Source: Octopus sinensis (taxonomy: Eukaryota). Taken from it: a stretch of DNA of 44,425 nucleotides. Below are positions 14,040 to 27,382 of the stretch, piece by piece. Position 1 is the stretch's first letter; every line of letters begins with the position of its first letter. A program made the translations under genes and the position numbers. The DNA lies in the NCBI RefSeq assembly GCF_006345805.1, contig NW_021834913.1:1-44425 (forward strand). The letters run 5' to 3'. Below the pieces are notes generated by a model. The model was not told where the DNA came from and made no database searches. It was given only the letters and a program-made list of their open reading frames with translations.

Positions 14040-14416
14040 CTGCGACAGGACTTTGAACACACCTTACTACTTGTCACGATTTCACCCTGGCAACCAAGGA
14101 AATGACAGATATTAGCATCAAATCTAACCTCCCCTTCCTCAGAGTCCAACCGTTGCTCCCTGAGAATTTCACCGTTCCCTAAACCGGATGATCCTCAGGG
14201 ATAGATGTTTTGAAAGGATTCAGAATGAATCTGAGACAAGAATCCTGCATATCTTCACGTTAGACAACTTCCATTCGCCCCTTTACGAAGTGCCTGGAGC
14301 GCTACTGCCAATACGTTGAAGATAGAGGACCCTACTCAGATTATAACTGCGTACATTTTGAAATTACAAATAACTTTCCTGAAAATGTCTCAAATCTTCC
14401 GGAATGCATCTCGAAT
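14040..14416 (+). mobile_element. Mariner-type transposon 3' remnant (transposase C-terminus plus TIR)
   Basis: PQSPTVAP*EF (PYSPDLAP.DF-like), MILRDRCFE, FTKCLERY...VEDRG, then TIR-like AATGTCTCAAATCTTCCGGAATGCATCTCGA. A similar TIR is at about 11025-11058. Confidence 0.65.
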
Positions 14417-16379
14417 CTACATTTACTCACAAATATATATTCAAATACAGATACACTTATATGTGTAGGAATAACTAATGCATTATAGTAACTAATACAT
14501 TCTCGTGAAACACGCAATGCTTAAAACAATATATATTTAATGGAAATTTAACACGAAAGGTTACTGTTTAGTTTCAATTAGGGCATCACATGAACACATT
14601 CCTTTAACCATTTTTGAAATTTGCTCTTTTTTTTAGATATTTGTTGTTGAAAACAGCACCTTTAGAATTTGTTGAGAACTTCGGCGTAAACTATTTTGTA
14701 CAAATAGTTTATTTTCTCAAACTCAAGCTAGTGTGTCATTATAACCTCTTCGCAATTATGTAGCTCCGGACTTGTGTAAAATTTCAATTTACGTTTTGTT
14801 CGATGTACGGTGAACGATAACACTTAGTTCATCTTCGTTCACTGCATCTCTTTCTTCGGAGGAGATTTCGTTACCATTTGAAAAATTTAGTGTTTCTCGC
14901 TTGTTTGTTTTTGTTTTTTTTTTTGCCTTTTTATGACGCGTTATAAATCTGTGGATTTTCGCTTCTTTTGCGTTTCATATTTTCGCCGGCCGTTCGTACA
15001 TTTTCATCGGCAAATATAATTCCTTTGTCATAGCGTGACCAAAATACACAAACGGTGATTTGCATTCTTCTGGGACGATGTATTTGCTAATCTATTTGTG
15101 AATCTCAATATATTTCTTTGTAACCACCCAAGTTTTGTCTGTTAGTTCTGGTGGAAATTGTTATTTCATATTCTTTTCACTGTTGCTCTTTATTATTTCG
15201 CTATATTCAATTTTACCAAACTTTACCAATCAGCTATAAGGATTACTAGACTCCTACAAAGTTAACACTTATATTTTCTATCCTGCACCACCAATATCAA
15301 TCACCTTTGCTTCGGGTTTTTCCTAACACACTGCTTCAGTAGGGTGACTAAAGTGCTTCCAAGTCCTTTTTTGAAGCCCTTCTTGTTTGGATGAACTTGT
15401 TTTTCTCATACGACAAAAGACTCCCACTGTGTCGCATCTGATGTCTCTTATTGTGACTCATGTGTTTCTTTGATATATTTTCTTTAGCAAATACTTAAGA
15501 TTCAGTTATGTTTCACAAATTCATTTTGTATTCTCACCTCCTTTATACTTTCAACGTACATCAAAGTAGTCTCTCTCTTTTCTTTACTGAATCGAGAGAA
15601 TTTCTCCTGATATATGCTGATCGACTTGTTGCCCGGCGGTAGTAAAATTTCAAAAATTGTCGAAGTGGAGTACAGCGAATTCGTTATGGAATAGAGAATC
15701 TATTTTTTCGTTTGTTGAAAAAGCAATATTTTTTACTTGCAACACATTTGCATAATAACAACAATATTAAATTTAAATATAATTTTTCATTTTGCCTATC
15801 TTTTTCGTATATAATTTTCCCCTTTACCTGTCTTTATCTTAGCTCTTACGAAAAAATGTTTTCATTGTAGTATGATTTGCCTTTACACGACCGCTATCAT
15901 AAACAGATTATTTGGAACATTGTACGAGTAACTACTGCCATTATTCTTCTATTTCGAATTACTTATTTTAGTTTTGGGGGCATTTTCTTCTATACATTGT
16001 TCAGTTTCTCCTTCCTCTAGTACATATTTTTTGTTATGATTTTGCACTGTTTGTATATCATTTTCTTTTCTGTTTTTGAAATTCATGTGTTTAGACTTGT
16101 GGCATAATTATGTGGGGGTTTTTTTCGATGTGAAATATTTGTAATATTTATAAATTAAATGTTAATGTTATTGAAACATACGTATTATGTTTTTATGCTA
16201 TCTACCCCGGGATATAGAAAACAGTATATTCTTAGGCAGTTATAATTATTTCAGGCAAACACACTTAAGTTAATGCTATAAGGTAAAACATAAATACATC
16301 GTGTCTCAAATGAAGGAAACGACAATTTTCACTACAAGAGTGAAATATAACATGTATAATGGTATTATAATTCTGATAT

Positions 16380-17450
16380 ATGGCCATCGATTTTGAGACT
16401 CAATGCTCAACTGGTACTTATGTTATCGATGATCACTGGATGAACGGCAATTCGTCCTTGTAGCCATTTGTACTGAGAGTGAGAAGAAATATTGTTAAGT
16501 ATGATGTCTGAATCGGCATCTCGGCAATTTAAATGGATCCAAATTTTGGTACAATGCTACGTATTTTGGAGGTAGGAGATTATTCTATAGTATCGTCTAG
16601 TAGTATCGTATATTATTATATTAAGCCTTCAGATATATAAGGTAGACTGTAACCCCGATAGATTTTGAACTCTGAAGGAAAAGTGCCCGATTTAAAAAGC
16701 CGCTGAGAACTCTGTCTGAGGAGCTGACGTGTCACCCCGGTAACCGAATCAATAATAATGGTAATTCAGAAAATACTTTTAAAAACGGTTCCATATTTTG
16801 GCTCGAGGCAAGCAATTTGTGGAGAGGGGTTAAGTCGATTACCGGAACACTTTTATCGACACAGAAAAGAGGAAACGTATGTCATTCTATGCGGAGTTGA
16901 ATCTAGATCGAAAAAAAGACGGATGGAATGCAGCTAAGCAATATGCCCAACGTGCTAACTATTCTGCCACCCCGGCGACTTAATTACTTCGAATAATGGC
17001 TTCAAATTTCGGCAAACGCCTGTCAGTTTCGCGGTTGGGGAAGAGTCGACTACATCGGCCCTAGGACTTATTTTATTAATCTCGAAATTATGAGAGGCAA
17101 AGTCGACTTGTACGGAATTTGAACACAGAATAAAAACAAAAGCAGAAAATGCTAATAAGCATTTTGCCCGGCGTGCCAACAACTCTGCCTGCTCAGCACC
17201 CTAACTACATCTACCACTAAATAATGGCTTCAAATTTTGCCACAATGGCAGCCATTTTGGGGAAGGGATAAGTCTTTTACATCGACCGCAGTGTTTGACA
17301 CGTACTTAATTTATCATGAAAGAATGAAAGATCCTGAAAGAATGAAAGTCAAAGTCGACCTCGGAGGAAATTGAACCCAGAACGCAACGACGGGTGAAAT
17401 GCAGCTAAGCATCTTGGCCGGCGTGCTGACGGTTCTAGCAGCTCGCCACT
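16380..17450 (-). mobile_element. Head-to-tail array of about 4 old SINE family 2 copies
   Basis: Recurring AAAGTCGAC...GGAATTTGAAC.CAGAA...CTAAGCATTT.GCCCGGCGTGC.AAC motifs, all on the minus strand. Confidence 0.75.
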
Positions 17451-17736
17451 ATAACTACATGTAATCTTAAATAATAATATCCATTATCATCACTGCGCTT
17501 GTCATACAAGTGCATTGGGTATACATATCGCGACAAAATCAATGTAATAACTATCGAAATCCTAATTACAAAAATCATAATAGCTTAGAGTTTATTATTC
17601 CCATATCATTTACAGCTATAATTACCAGTCCATAAACTCAGAGTTTCTATCAGTAACACCATAGCCATTGCATTAAACTTTGAAGGAGCATGTTCAATGT
17701 TTAATTGCACTTCAATGCAGTTGGGGACTTTACAGT

Positions 17737-18078
17737 AAAATAACTTCGGTTTGAAACGAAGCAAAATCTATAGAACATCTTATGAACCAATTCATATTGT
17801 ATGTTACATTAGTGATATAATTCTTCACATTCCAACTTGATAGTGTTTATTTAGCGATTCTATCTTGATCTTTACGGTACAAAGTGAACTTGTATGGATT
17901 TGGACATTGTACACCAAAATGACTTCCGTTTGAAATGGAGCAAAATGCATAGAAAATCTACGATAGATGAAGTCTTATGGAACAATTATATTGTATGTTC
18001 CATATGAAATATATTCTTCACATTCCAACACGATAGCGTTTATTTAGCGTTTCCACCTTGATCTTTACGACACAAGGT
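17737..18078 (+). repeat. Diverged tandem duplication, unit about 180 bp
   Basis: AAAAT.ACTTC.GTTTGAAA...ATATTGTATGTT...TTCTTCACATTCCAAC...TTGATCTTTACG occurs at 17737 and 17916. Confidence 0.75.
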
Positions 18079-18406
18079 ACACGCGCTTTAGAGATCATCA
18101 TTTATGATTCAATAAGAATGTATATTAATTCACGAATTAAAATAATGGAAATGTTTTAAACAATCACATCTATTAGAACGAAAGCAGCATATTAGTATTA
18201 ATGATAGTATGTTACGGTGCGTCAACGTTGGTTATCTTTTAGCATAATTTAATTCCTTCAAATTTATTGGGATTTCCATATTAGAGAAGAATGCACAGAT
18301 GCATACCTTTCAACATGAAAGCCGATCCCTTTTGAAATGTATAATATAAATAGGTTGTGTTGTGGGTATCCGTATATAGCCATATATAAATTTATCCGTA
18401 TGTATA

Positions 18407-18464
<58 letters not shown>

Positions 18465-18479
18465 ATATATGTATGTATG

Positions 18480-18520
<41 letters not shown>

Positions 18521-18746
18521 AAATGTATATGTATGTGTGTGTGTGTGTGTGTTTGTGAATTATATACATGTTATATAAATCTTATGCTTCCCAGTTAGAG
18601 CGATGAAGAAAAAGAAGCAGCGAAATCCCAGTTTATATCAGTTAAGCAGTATTATAAAGTATCCTTAATTAAATCCAAACTCTCAAGACCCATCTATAAA
18701 TGAAGTTATTTCCATAACTTCTGAATAATTATTCTATCATTACCTA

Positions 18747-19040
<294 letters not shown>

Positions 19041-19094
19041 ATATATAATTTATATACATGAACAGTTCATCCTTATCATATGAAACTTTTCTCA

Positions 19095-19440
19095 TTATTT
19101 CAGTGGACAGAGTGTTAAAATTGCATGTATAGCCAATGGCAGGCCTAAATATTTTATATGTTCACCTCCCATGGAGATAATTTGATCTACTACTTCAATC
19201 AAAGCCGCATTGTATATAACATCAATGAGACCAATATCTTGCTCAGGACTATTGAACTGAAGTTGGTGCTTTAAATCTTCAGCAAAATCATTTCTGAACA
19301 TATTCCACAGTTGAACAGAATTACTTACTTGGGAATTCTTCGAATATAGCTTCCCATTGCTGATCATTTGCAAGGTAACCTAGCTTGAAACACGTTTCTC
19401 GATATGTTCAGCAAATTTCACCATCAATTTATTTCAAACT
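19095..19440 (-). pseudogene. Helitron Rep/Helicase fragment
   Basis: QVSNSVQLWNMFRNDFAEDL...DVIYNAALIEVVDQIISMGGEHIKYLGLP resembles the Rep-helicase linker of Helitrons. Confidence 0.75.
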
Positions 19441-19899
19441 TTCCTATGAAGTTGGTCATCTTTTTACATGAAGACGAATTCTGAGATGAAAGAAATTGTT
19501 GTTCCAATCCTAATACCAGACTGAACTTGAATTTTTGCAACAATTTTGCGTCTGTTCCGTTTATTGTTACTCCATGTGCAATAATAAAGAAAGACAGATA
19601 GAGAAAGGGTGAAAGGAAGAGAGACAGAGTGAAGGAAAGAGAGGGAAAATAGACAGAGAAGAACGAAAATCATAGAGAAATGGTGTCTGATTTTAGTTTC
19701 AAATTACAGGACTAGCAAAGAGACAGTGTCTTTCAAGTAGCATTGCAAAGAAATAGAAAGGAAGACAGGCAGAGAATATAGAGAGGGAGAGAGAAAAGAG
19801 GAGACATAGAAAGAAAATCAAAGAAAGATGGTGTCTAGTTTCACTTTGTGGGACAAACAGATCAACAGACAGAATCTCCCATATATATATATATATATA

Positions 19900-20301
19900 G
19901 GCGCAGGAGTGGCTGTGTGGTAAGTAGCTTGCTAACCAACCACATGGTTCCGGGTTCAGTCCCACTGCGTGGTATCTTGGGCAACTGTCTTCTGCTATAG
20001 CCCCGGGCCGACCAATGCTGTGAGTGGATTTGTTAGACGGAAACTGAAAGAAGCCTGTCGTATATATGTATATGTATATATATGTATATGTGTGTGTGTG
20101 TGTGTGTGTGTGCTTGTCCCCCTAGCATTGCTTGACAGCCGATGCTGGTATGTTTACGTCCCCGTGACTTAGCGGTTCGGCAAATGAGACGATATAATAA
20201 GTACTGGGCTTACAAAGAATAAGTCCCGGGGTCGATTTGCTCGAGTAAAGGCGGTGCTCCAGCATGGCCGCAGTCAAATGACTGAAACAAGTAAAAGAGT
20301 A
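19900..20301 (+). mobile_element. SINE family 1, full length
   Basis: Same head, internal microsatellite and tail as 2917-3324. Confidence 0.9.
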
Positions 20302-21023
20302 TATATACATATGAACGCGTGTGCGTGTATATGTGTGTGTGCGTGTGTGTACATATATGCATTTCGCATTAAATCTCAATAGTTTTTCACCACTCAATTA
20401 CTTTATGAATTACTGTTACTAAGATAGCTTGAACTTTCAATTTGTTGTATTGTCCATCGTTCAATTGTTTTAAGACTACATGTAGTATCTATTTACATCT
20501 TTTTCCATCGCATTATTCAAATATTATAAGCTTTGCGTGACAAATAAATTATGTTTTGGATTGCATTCCATAATGTATCAGATGTGTTTCTAATAGATTT
20601 TGGTTTTGCTTTCATTCTACGCTAAGTGCTGTATCTACACATCGTAATGTCTTGGATTTCCTTCCATACTTAAACTATATTTCGTTTAACGTGTAATATG
20701 CGGACGTTGCAGCAGAATAAATATCTTACAGATCATTATCGCCATCATTATTGTCACTATCACACGATTCATCTCCACTCTCTTCTTAATCAGAAGTAAT
20801 TAACGTATTTAATAACAACAACACCATTACTGTTATTACAAACTTTATCAGAACTAATCGTTAAGACAAAAGAAATTAAAAAACTAAAATTTATTTTCCT
20901 AATAAATAACATCATTATCAACATCATTAACGTTGTAAGCGTTCTGACATCAGCATCTTCATTTCTGCTAAACAGATGGTAATCATTAACCAGTTTCCAC
21001 GTAGCAACAATATATATATATAT

Positions 21024-21079
<56 letters not shown>

Positions 21080-21085
21080 TATATA

Positions 21086-21484
21086 TACTCTTTTACTCTT
21101 TTACTTGTTTCAGTCATTTGACTGCGGCCATGCTGGAGCACCGCCTTTAATCGAGCCACTCGACCCTGGGACTTATTCTTTTGTAAGCCCAGTACTTATT
21201 CTATCGGTTTCTTTTGCCGAACTGCTAAGTAACGGGGACATAAACACACCAGTATCGGTTGTCAAGCAATGCTAGGGGGACAAACACAGACACACAAACA
21301 CACACACGCATATATATACACATATACAACGGGCTTCTTTCAGTTTCCGTCTACCAAATCCACTCACAAGGCTTTGGTCGGCCCGAGGCTATAGTAGAAG
21401 ACACTTGCCCAAGGTGTCACACAGTGGGACTGAACCCGGAACCATGTGGTTGGTAAGCAAGCTACTTACCACACAGCCACTCCT

Positions 21485-21487
<3 letters not shown>
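21086..21487 (-). mobile_element. SINE family 1, full length
   Basis: Reverse complement of 19900-20301. Confidence 0.9.
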
Positions 21488-21540
<53 letters not shown>

Positions 21541-21654
21541 GCTTGTTTAACTCAGAGTAATTCCTAGTACACTTTCGTTTAGATTACATGGAAATGATGA
21601 GTTGTGGATGACACTGCGGATCACTAGTCGGAAGAAAACTTCCCCGTCTACCTT

Positions 21655-21899
21655 AGTTTTAACTGATCAAATGAAGAATACATACCGAAAATATTCACAT
21701 AAAGAAAATATACACACATACACATGTGCATACATATTCATGTAAACTCTCTCCCTCCCTCCCTCTCTGATTCTTTATGTCTCTCTCTCTGTATATATAC
21801 GTACATGAGACACCGATATATATATATATATATATAATATATATATATAGTGCGTGTGTTTTCATTGGCTAAACTTGCAAAATGACCATTCCGAAATAC

Positions 21900-21933
<34 letters not shown>

Positions 21934-21968
21934 TATTTATATAAATACAAATATAAATATTTATACAT

Positions 21969-22007
<39 letters not shown>

Positions 22008-22179
22008 CATTTTATGAAATATATGTATATACGCAGAGACAGTTAACAATATTATTATAATCTTATAATTATTTTTGGGCAAATTGTGATATAAGTACTT
22101 ATGCATTTACGTATACACAGTATTATATATGTGTGTGTGTGTGTGTTTGTGTTTTATATGTATGCACATGTGTGTGAAA

Positions 22180-22241
<62 letters not shown>

Positions 22242-22566
22242 GAGTGATTATATACAAAAAAGCACGCACGTATATTGTTCGTAATATTCAATGAGGAAAA
22301 AAATGTGTTTGCTTTTGTAATATTGTGAATTTTAATAGGATTAAAGGTAGATAGAAGGGATTCTGAGTTCGATTTATATTCAAGACTAACGGGAGATGTT
22401 AATTCGTTCTAATCCTAGAAATATAAAATAATATATTTGAAAGTACAACGTATTTTCATCATGATGACAAATCTATTTCACTATTAAAGTGCTTTTAATC
22501 CTCTCCTGGAACGAAATTTATTTAAAATAAAATTTTTATATATATATATATGTATGTAAATATATA

Positions 22567-22648
<82 letters not shown>

Positions 22649-22741
22649 TATATAGTATATATATATATTATATAATATATAATATATATGTGTGTGTGTG
22701 TGTGTGTATCTAAGTATAAATGTATATACTCACACACACGT

Positions 22742-22788
<47 letters not shown>

Positions 22789-23020
22789 GTATCTAAGTAT
22801 AAATGTATATACTCACATACATGTATACATATATATATATATATATATCGATATCTCATGTACGTATATATATACAAAGAGAGAGACAGAGAGAAACAGA
22901 CATGGAGTGAGAGAGTTGCATGCATGTGTATACACATGTGTATGTGTCTGTGTGTCTATGTGTGTGTTATCTTTATGTGAATATTTTCGGTATGTATTCA
23001 TCATTTCATCAGTTAAAACT
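21655..23020. repeat. Inverted duplication (arms about 170 bp: 21655-21822 and 22843-23020)
   Basis: AGTTTTAACTGAT.AAATGA.GAATACATACCGAAAATATTCACATAAAGA...GTACATGAGA is present in opposite orientations. Confidence 0.8.
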
Positions 23021-23455
23021 CCCCATTTTTTTCCCTTGTACTTAACGCCTGGTTTCATTTCCTTACGCTTCTCTCTATTTCCTCTTCTGTATCCTCCCCT
23101 CTCTCATATTCTATCACCTCCCGTTTTATTACAATTTCTTATATTTTAAAATTCTGTCACACTATAAAATCTCATAATGGTATGAGTGTTATGAAAATGG
23201 GGAATTTAGTGCACTTGCACTCACTACGATTATTATTCACAATCCAGTTTAAAATATTTATTTACACACATTCGTTTTGATATGTATGCAGGTACAAGTC
23301 TGTATGTGGGTGATTGAGATCACGTTGATGAGGAAGGCGCGATCCAGAGAGGAGTGATCAGCGTGCTGTGCTTAGCGGTGTCAAATGAACGCCCGACAGT
23401 CTGGTCGGTCAAGGTAATATATATAATAATATAAATAATATACGTATATATACAT

Positions 23456-23631
23456 ACACCGAATTTAGAAATAGCAGTCAAAAAGTCTTGGCTATTCCTT
23501 CTACTTCAAAGGGAGACCCCAGTAAAACCAAATCACTGGTTTGTTTTTGAGTGCTTTGGTTTTACTGGGATCTCCCTTTAAAGTAGAAGGAATAGCCTAG
23601 ACTTTTTGACTGCTATTTCTAAATTCGGTGT
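23456..23631. mobile_element. MITE-like hairpin element, about 77-bp arms
   Basis: ACACCGAATTTAGAAATAGCAGTCAAAAAGTC...CCAAA and its reverse complement, with a 22-nt spacer. Confidence 0.8.
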
Positions 23632-25152
23632 GTGGTGAGGAAAATCGTTGCTGAACCCTAATTACTTAGTATTACTTAAACTTACCTTGAATTGGTCTTT
23701 TACATGCCGAATTCTACTTGGTGAAATTACTGATTACTTCTTAATTAATTAATTTCACCCTTTGTTATTATTGATATATATACTTACATGTACATACCTA
23801 CATATAAACAGAAAGGGGTCTGCAGATTTCCTGGAAGGCAGTAGTTGAGTACTTAATTAATTATTTAATTATTTAATTAACTACACGTGCCTTTATATAT
23901 AAATAATTTTACACACAGCTTTCAATTAATTTTTCAATTAATTGAAATTTTATGAAGAGAAGTAAATACTGTTTTTCTTTACGCCTTACTGTCCCAAAAC
24001 ATAAGACTCTGCACTGATATACCCACCGACTTAATCTATGATTGATTAAATTTTAAATTCCTTTCGAGTTCTCTCTTTCTCTCTGTAGCACGCACGTGCA
24101 CTCACACACACAAACACACACACAATCTCTCGCTCTAACACACGCACGCACGCACACAGAAAACGCCCCTTTCTCTCTCCTTGTATATGTATCTATTTAA
24201 AATGTGTGTATATGGGAATATGGCTATAGAACTGTTATAGCTATATAATCAAAGACACATAAATCTTTATCCCCTAACCCAACTTATACCTCTTCCATCT
24301 GTGCTCGCATATATCTCCCTCCCTGTATATCTTTCTATTGAACATGTACGAATATGGGGATATGCCGATACAAAAATTATAGATAGATATATATACTCAC
24401 AGACAGACCTTTCTTCCCTATCCCAACTAATACCGTTCACATCTGTGCACGCATAAATCAATACAACTTCTCTTTCTCTTCTTCTCTTTCTTCTCCCTAT
24501 CTCACCTGATCTCAATTTTTTTCTAAATACATAATGATACACTTCCTCCCTGTGCACGCATCGATCAATACGACTTACAACAGTCTTTGTCCGCTCTCCT
24601 TTTCTCAATCTTTTTCTAAGTATATACAAAATAAAACGGCAGGTTAAGAATGTCTCGAAACTGGGCCTGAAGAATTGAAACACTTAATGTGAGTGTAGCA
24701 ATTTTTCGATGGAGACAATCAAAATATTATCATAACGGCAGCTCTAAAGCGCAATAGCACAGATAGAGTGATAACAAAAAAGAATTCATCGTCTCCTATG
24801 CTCTCACCAGATCTCATATTGGCACACATAACACCATCCTTGCACAAAGACTCATAAAAGACGACAAAGATGTAGACCTTGATGTGAGTGACAAATGTTT
24901 CCCTGGCCCCACTGATCCACAAGCGTACTCACCTGAAACAAAAACTAAAATTGAGAGGTCTGCCAAAGAAGAAGACAGAAGCCCTGTTTGCCCTCACACT
25001 ACCAATATCAACATCCATAAGCGATGTGTAAAGGTACAAAAACATAAGGATAAAAGTGACAAAATGAGAAGATAAAAGTAAAAATAAAGATTAGATTCAG
25101 ATATTAATACTACTCCTGTTACCATTAGCTAATTATATATATATATGTATAT

Positions 25153-25413
25153 ATCGCGGTTTCGATTCCCAGACCGGGCGTTGTGAGTGTTTATTGAGCG
25201 AAAACACCTAAAAGTTCCACGAGGCTCCGGCAGGGTGGGGGGGGGTTATCCCTGCTGTACTCTTTCACCACTCTTTCTCCCACTCTTTCTTCTGTTGGCC
25301 TGCTCGCTTACCCAGCGGGGTGGCGTCATTCGAAGGCTAAAACAATGCGAACGCATTGTGACCAGCGATGTGTAACAACATCTGATGGTCTGGTAGGTCA
25401 CGTGATCACGTGA
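25153..25413 (+). mobile_element. SINE family 3, 5'-truncated, alternative tail
   Basis: B box GGTTTCGATTCCC. Body shared with 25893-26270. Tail ...GGTCACGTGATCACGTGATA. Confidence 0.8.
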
Positions 25414-25432
25414 TATATATATATATATATAT

Positions 25433-25579
25433 ACACAAACACAAGAATTACGGGGGCGAAGCAATATTTATAATACAAGCAAGTCGTCAGGCCAAGAGTT
25501 ATCTAGATTAAAGCTTTCATTGTCGCGTGGAGGTACATGTTAACAAATGGAAGATTTGATCAGTATGTTAAGAGAGCAT
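25433..25579. repeat. Dispersed repeat shared with 28758-28910 and 29675-29770 (opposite strand)
   Basis: ATGAAAGCTTT...AGATAAC.CTTGGCCTGA.GA.TTGC...GCCCCC.TAA.TCTTGTGT in three copies. Confidence 0.7.
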
Positions 25580-25892
25580 GGAAACGTGCATGACGAGAAT
25601 ATAAGCATGGATACATGCATGACGGGAGCATCGATACGTGCATGGCGTGAATATAAGATTTTTCGAAACAAAACTAGATCTACTTCTATGAAGAGTTCCG
25701 GATGAAGCTAACAAAGATGATTGTAAGAAACACAGTTGGGGGCGGCAACGTCAAACTCCCTCGTCCTCCAAATGTCATATATCAGAGTAGGCTTAGTTAG
25801 AGAGTTGCAAATTAAACGGTGGTGCCCCAATATATCGTTTCACGAGGGAACCTCCTAAACTGTAAGGCACGCACCTCCACATTTGTCGTATG

Positions 25893-26270
25893 GATGGAAG
25901 CACTCCGTCGGTTACGACGACGAGGGTTCCGGTTGATCCGATCAACGGAAGAGCCTGCTCGTGAAATTAACGTGCAAGTGGCTGAGCACTCCACAGACAC
26001 GTGTACCCTTAACGTAGTTCTCGGGGATATTCAGCGTGACACAGAGAGTGACAAGGCCGGCCCTTTGAAATTCAGGTACAACACAAACAGGAAGTAAGAG
26101 TGAGAGAAAGTTGTGGTGAAATAGTACAGCAGGGATCACAACCATCCCTGCCGGAGCCTCGTAGAGCTTTAGGTGTTTTCGCTCAATAAACACTCACAAC
26201 GCCCGGTGTGGGAATCGAAACCGCGATCCTACGACCGCGAGTCCGCTGCCCTAACCACTGGGCCATGCAC
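25893..26270 (-). mobile_element. SINE family 3 (tRNA-Arg-like head), full length with TSD
   Basis: A box TGGCCCAGTGG, TCG anticodon-like loop, B box. Direct repeat GCACCTCCACATTTGTCGTATG at 25871-25892 and 26267-26288. Possibly one of the published octopus OR families (unverified). Confidence 0.85.
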
Positions 26271-26409
26271 CTCCACATTTGTCGTATGTACGAATATAGA
26301 ATCCATTCTACTAAAGGTGCTGATGCTAAAAATCAAGGAACTAAATGATACAGCTCACTGCAGTGTTGAACCGGTACGTATTTTGTTGGTCACGAATAGA
26401 TAAATATCG

Positions 26410-26685
26410 AAGTGGAAAACGACGGGATTTGAACTCAAAATAGGGGGAATGCTGTGAAACAGTGTGCGTTTCCCTAACGATTCTGCCAGCTCACCCCTCT
26501 TTATGTATAAATATACTTATTTCTTTACTACCCACAAGGGGCTAAACACAGAGAGGAGAAGCAAGGACAGACAAACGGATTAAGTCGATTATATCGACTC
26601 CAATGCGTAACTCGTACTTATTTAATCGACCCCGAAAAGATGAAAGGCAAAGTCGACCTCGGCGGAATTTGAACTCAGAACGTAT
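26410..26685 (-). mobile_element. SINE family 2 fragments (two)
   Basis: Head fragment at 26410-26495 and a 5'-truncated young copy at 26515-26685. Confidence 0.8.
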
Positions 26686-27382
26686 AAATATACTGAGGTG
26701 TTCGCCATAACACATCCATTACCCAAATGTAAATCAGTTTAATGTTGACCTATAAGAAAGTAGGTAGTGTGCCTCCATGGCATAAGCGACTAAATATCTT
26801 CGGCTATGAATGACTTCGTCTGGAGGTCGATCTGGATCTCATTTGTTAAGAATCACTCATATTTGCTTTCCATGAATATATACAGAGAAATACGATTAGT
26901 GTAATTGATATTATACATAAGGTAAAGTCATATTCTAAAAACATTGGTATATTTTCAGAAGGTAATTTGTTTTAAAAGAAAAACAGTTCATTACAAACAT
27001 TTATCATATATACGAATTCTAAATGTTGAGTAACATATTTTTGAAACTAATTTCAAATTAACTACAAATTGATGTGTTTCAGGAAGCTATATATTTAACT
27101 CTAATGATGCAAATTTAAATAAAAAATCATATCCATACAAATTACTCATCATCATCATCATCATCATCATTATCGTCGTCGTCGTCGTCGTCATCATCAT
27201 TATCATCATCATCATTTCTTAAATATGTATTAACTGATATTTGCAATGTTGTAGATGTATATTATCATCATTAACTTTCTAACAAATATACATTAAACTC
27301 ATTATTTTCGTGATATTTATTTTCTCTTTCTATATTCAAACATACATGCATTCAAATGTGTATATATATATATATATACACA

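Noticed and set aside
24660-24700. CTGAAGA-ATT-GAAAC with a 5-bp stem III
   Set aside because: No stem II and only 2 bp of stem I. Likely chance.
25871-26288. tRNA gene or CRISPR-like direct repeats
   Set aside because: The tRNA-like heads lack acceptor stems and continue into SINE bodies. The direct repeat is a TSD. No CRISPR array is present.
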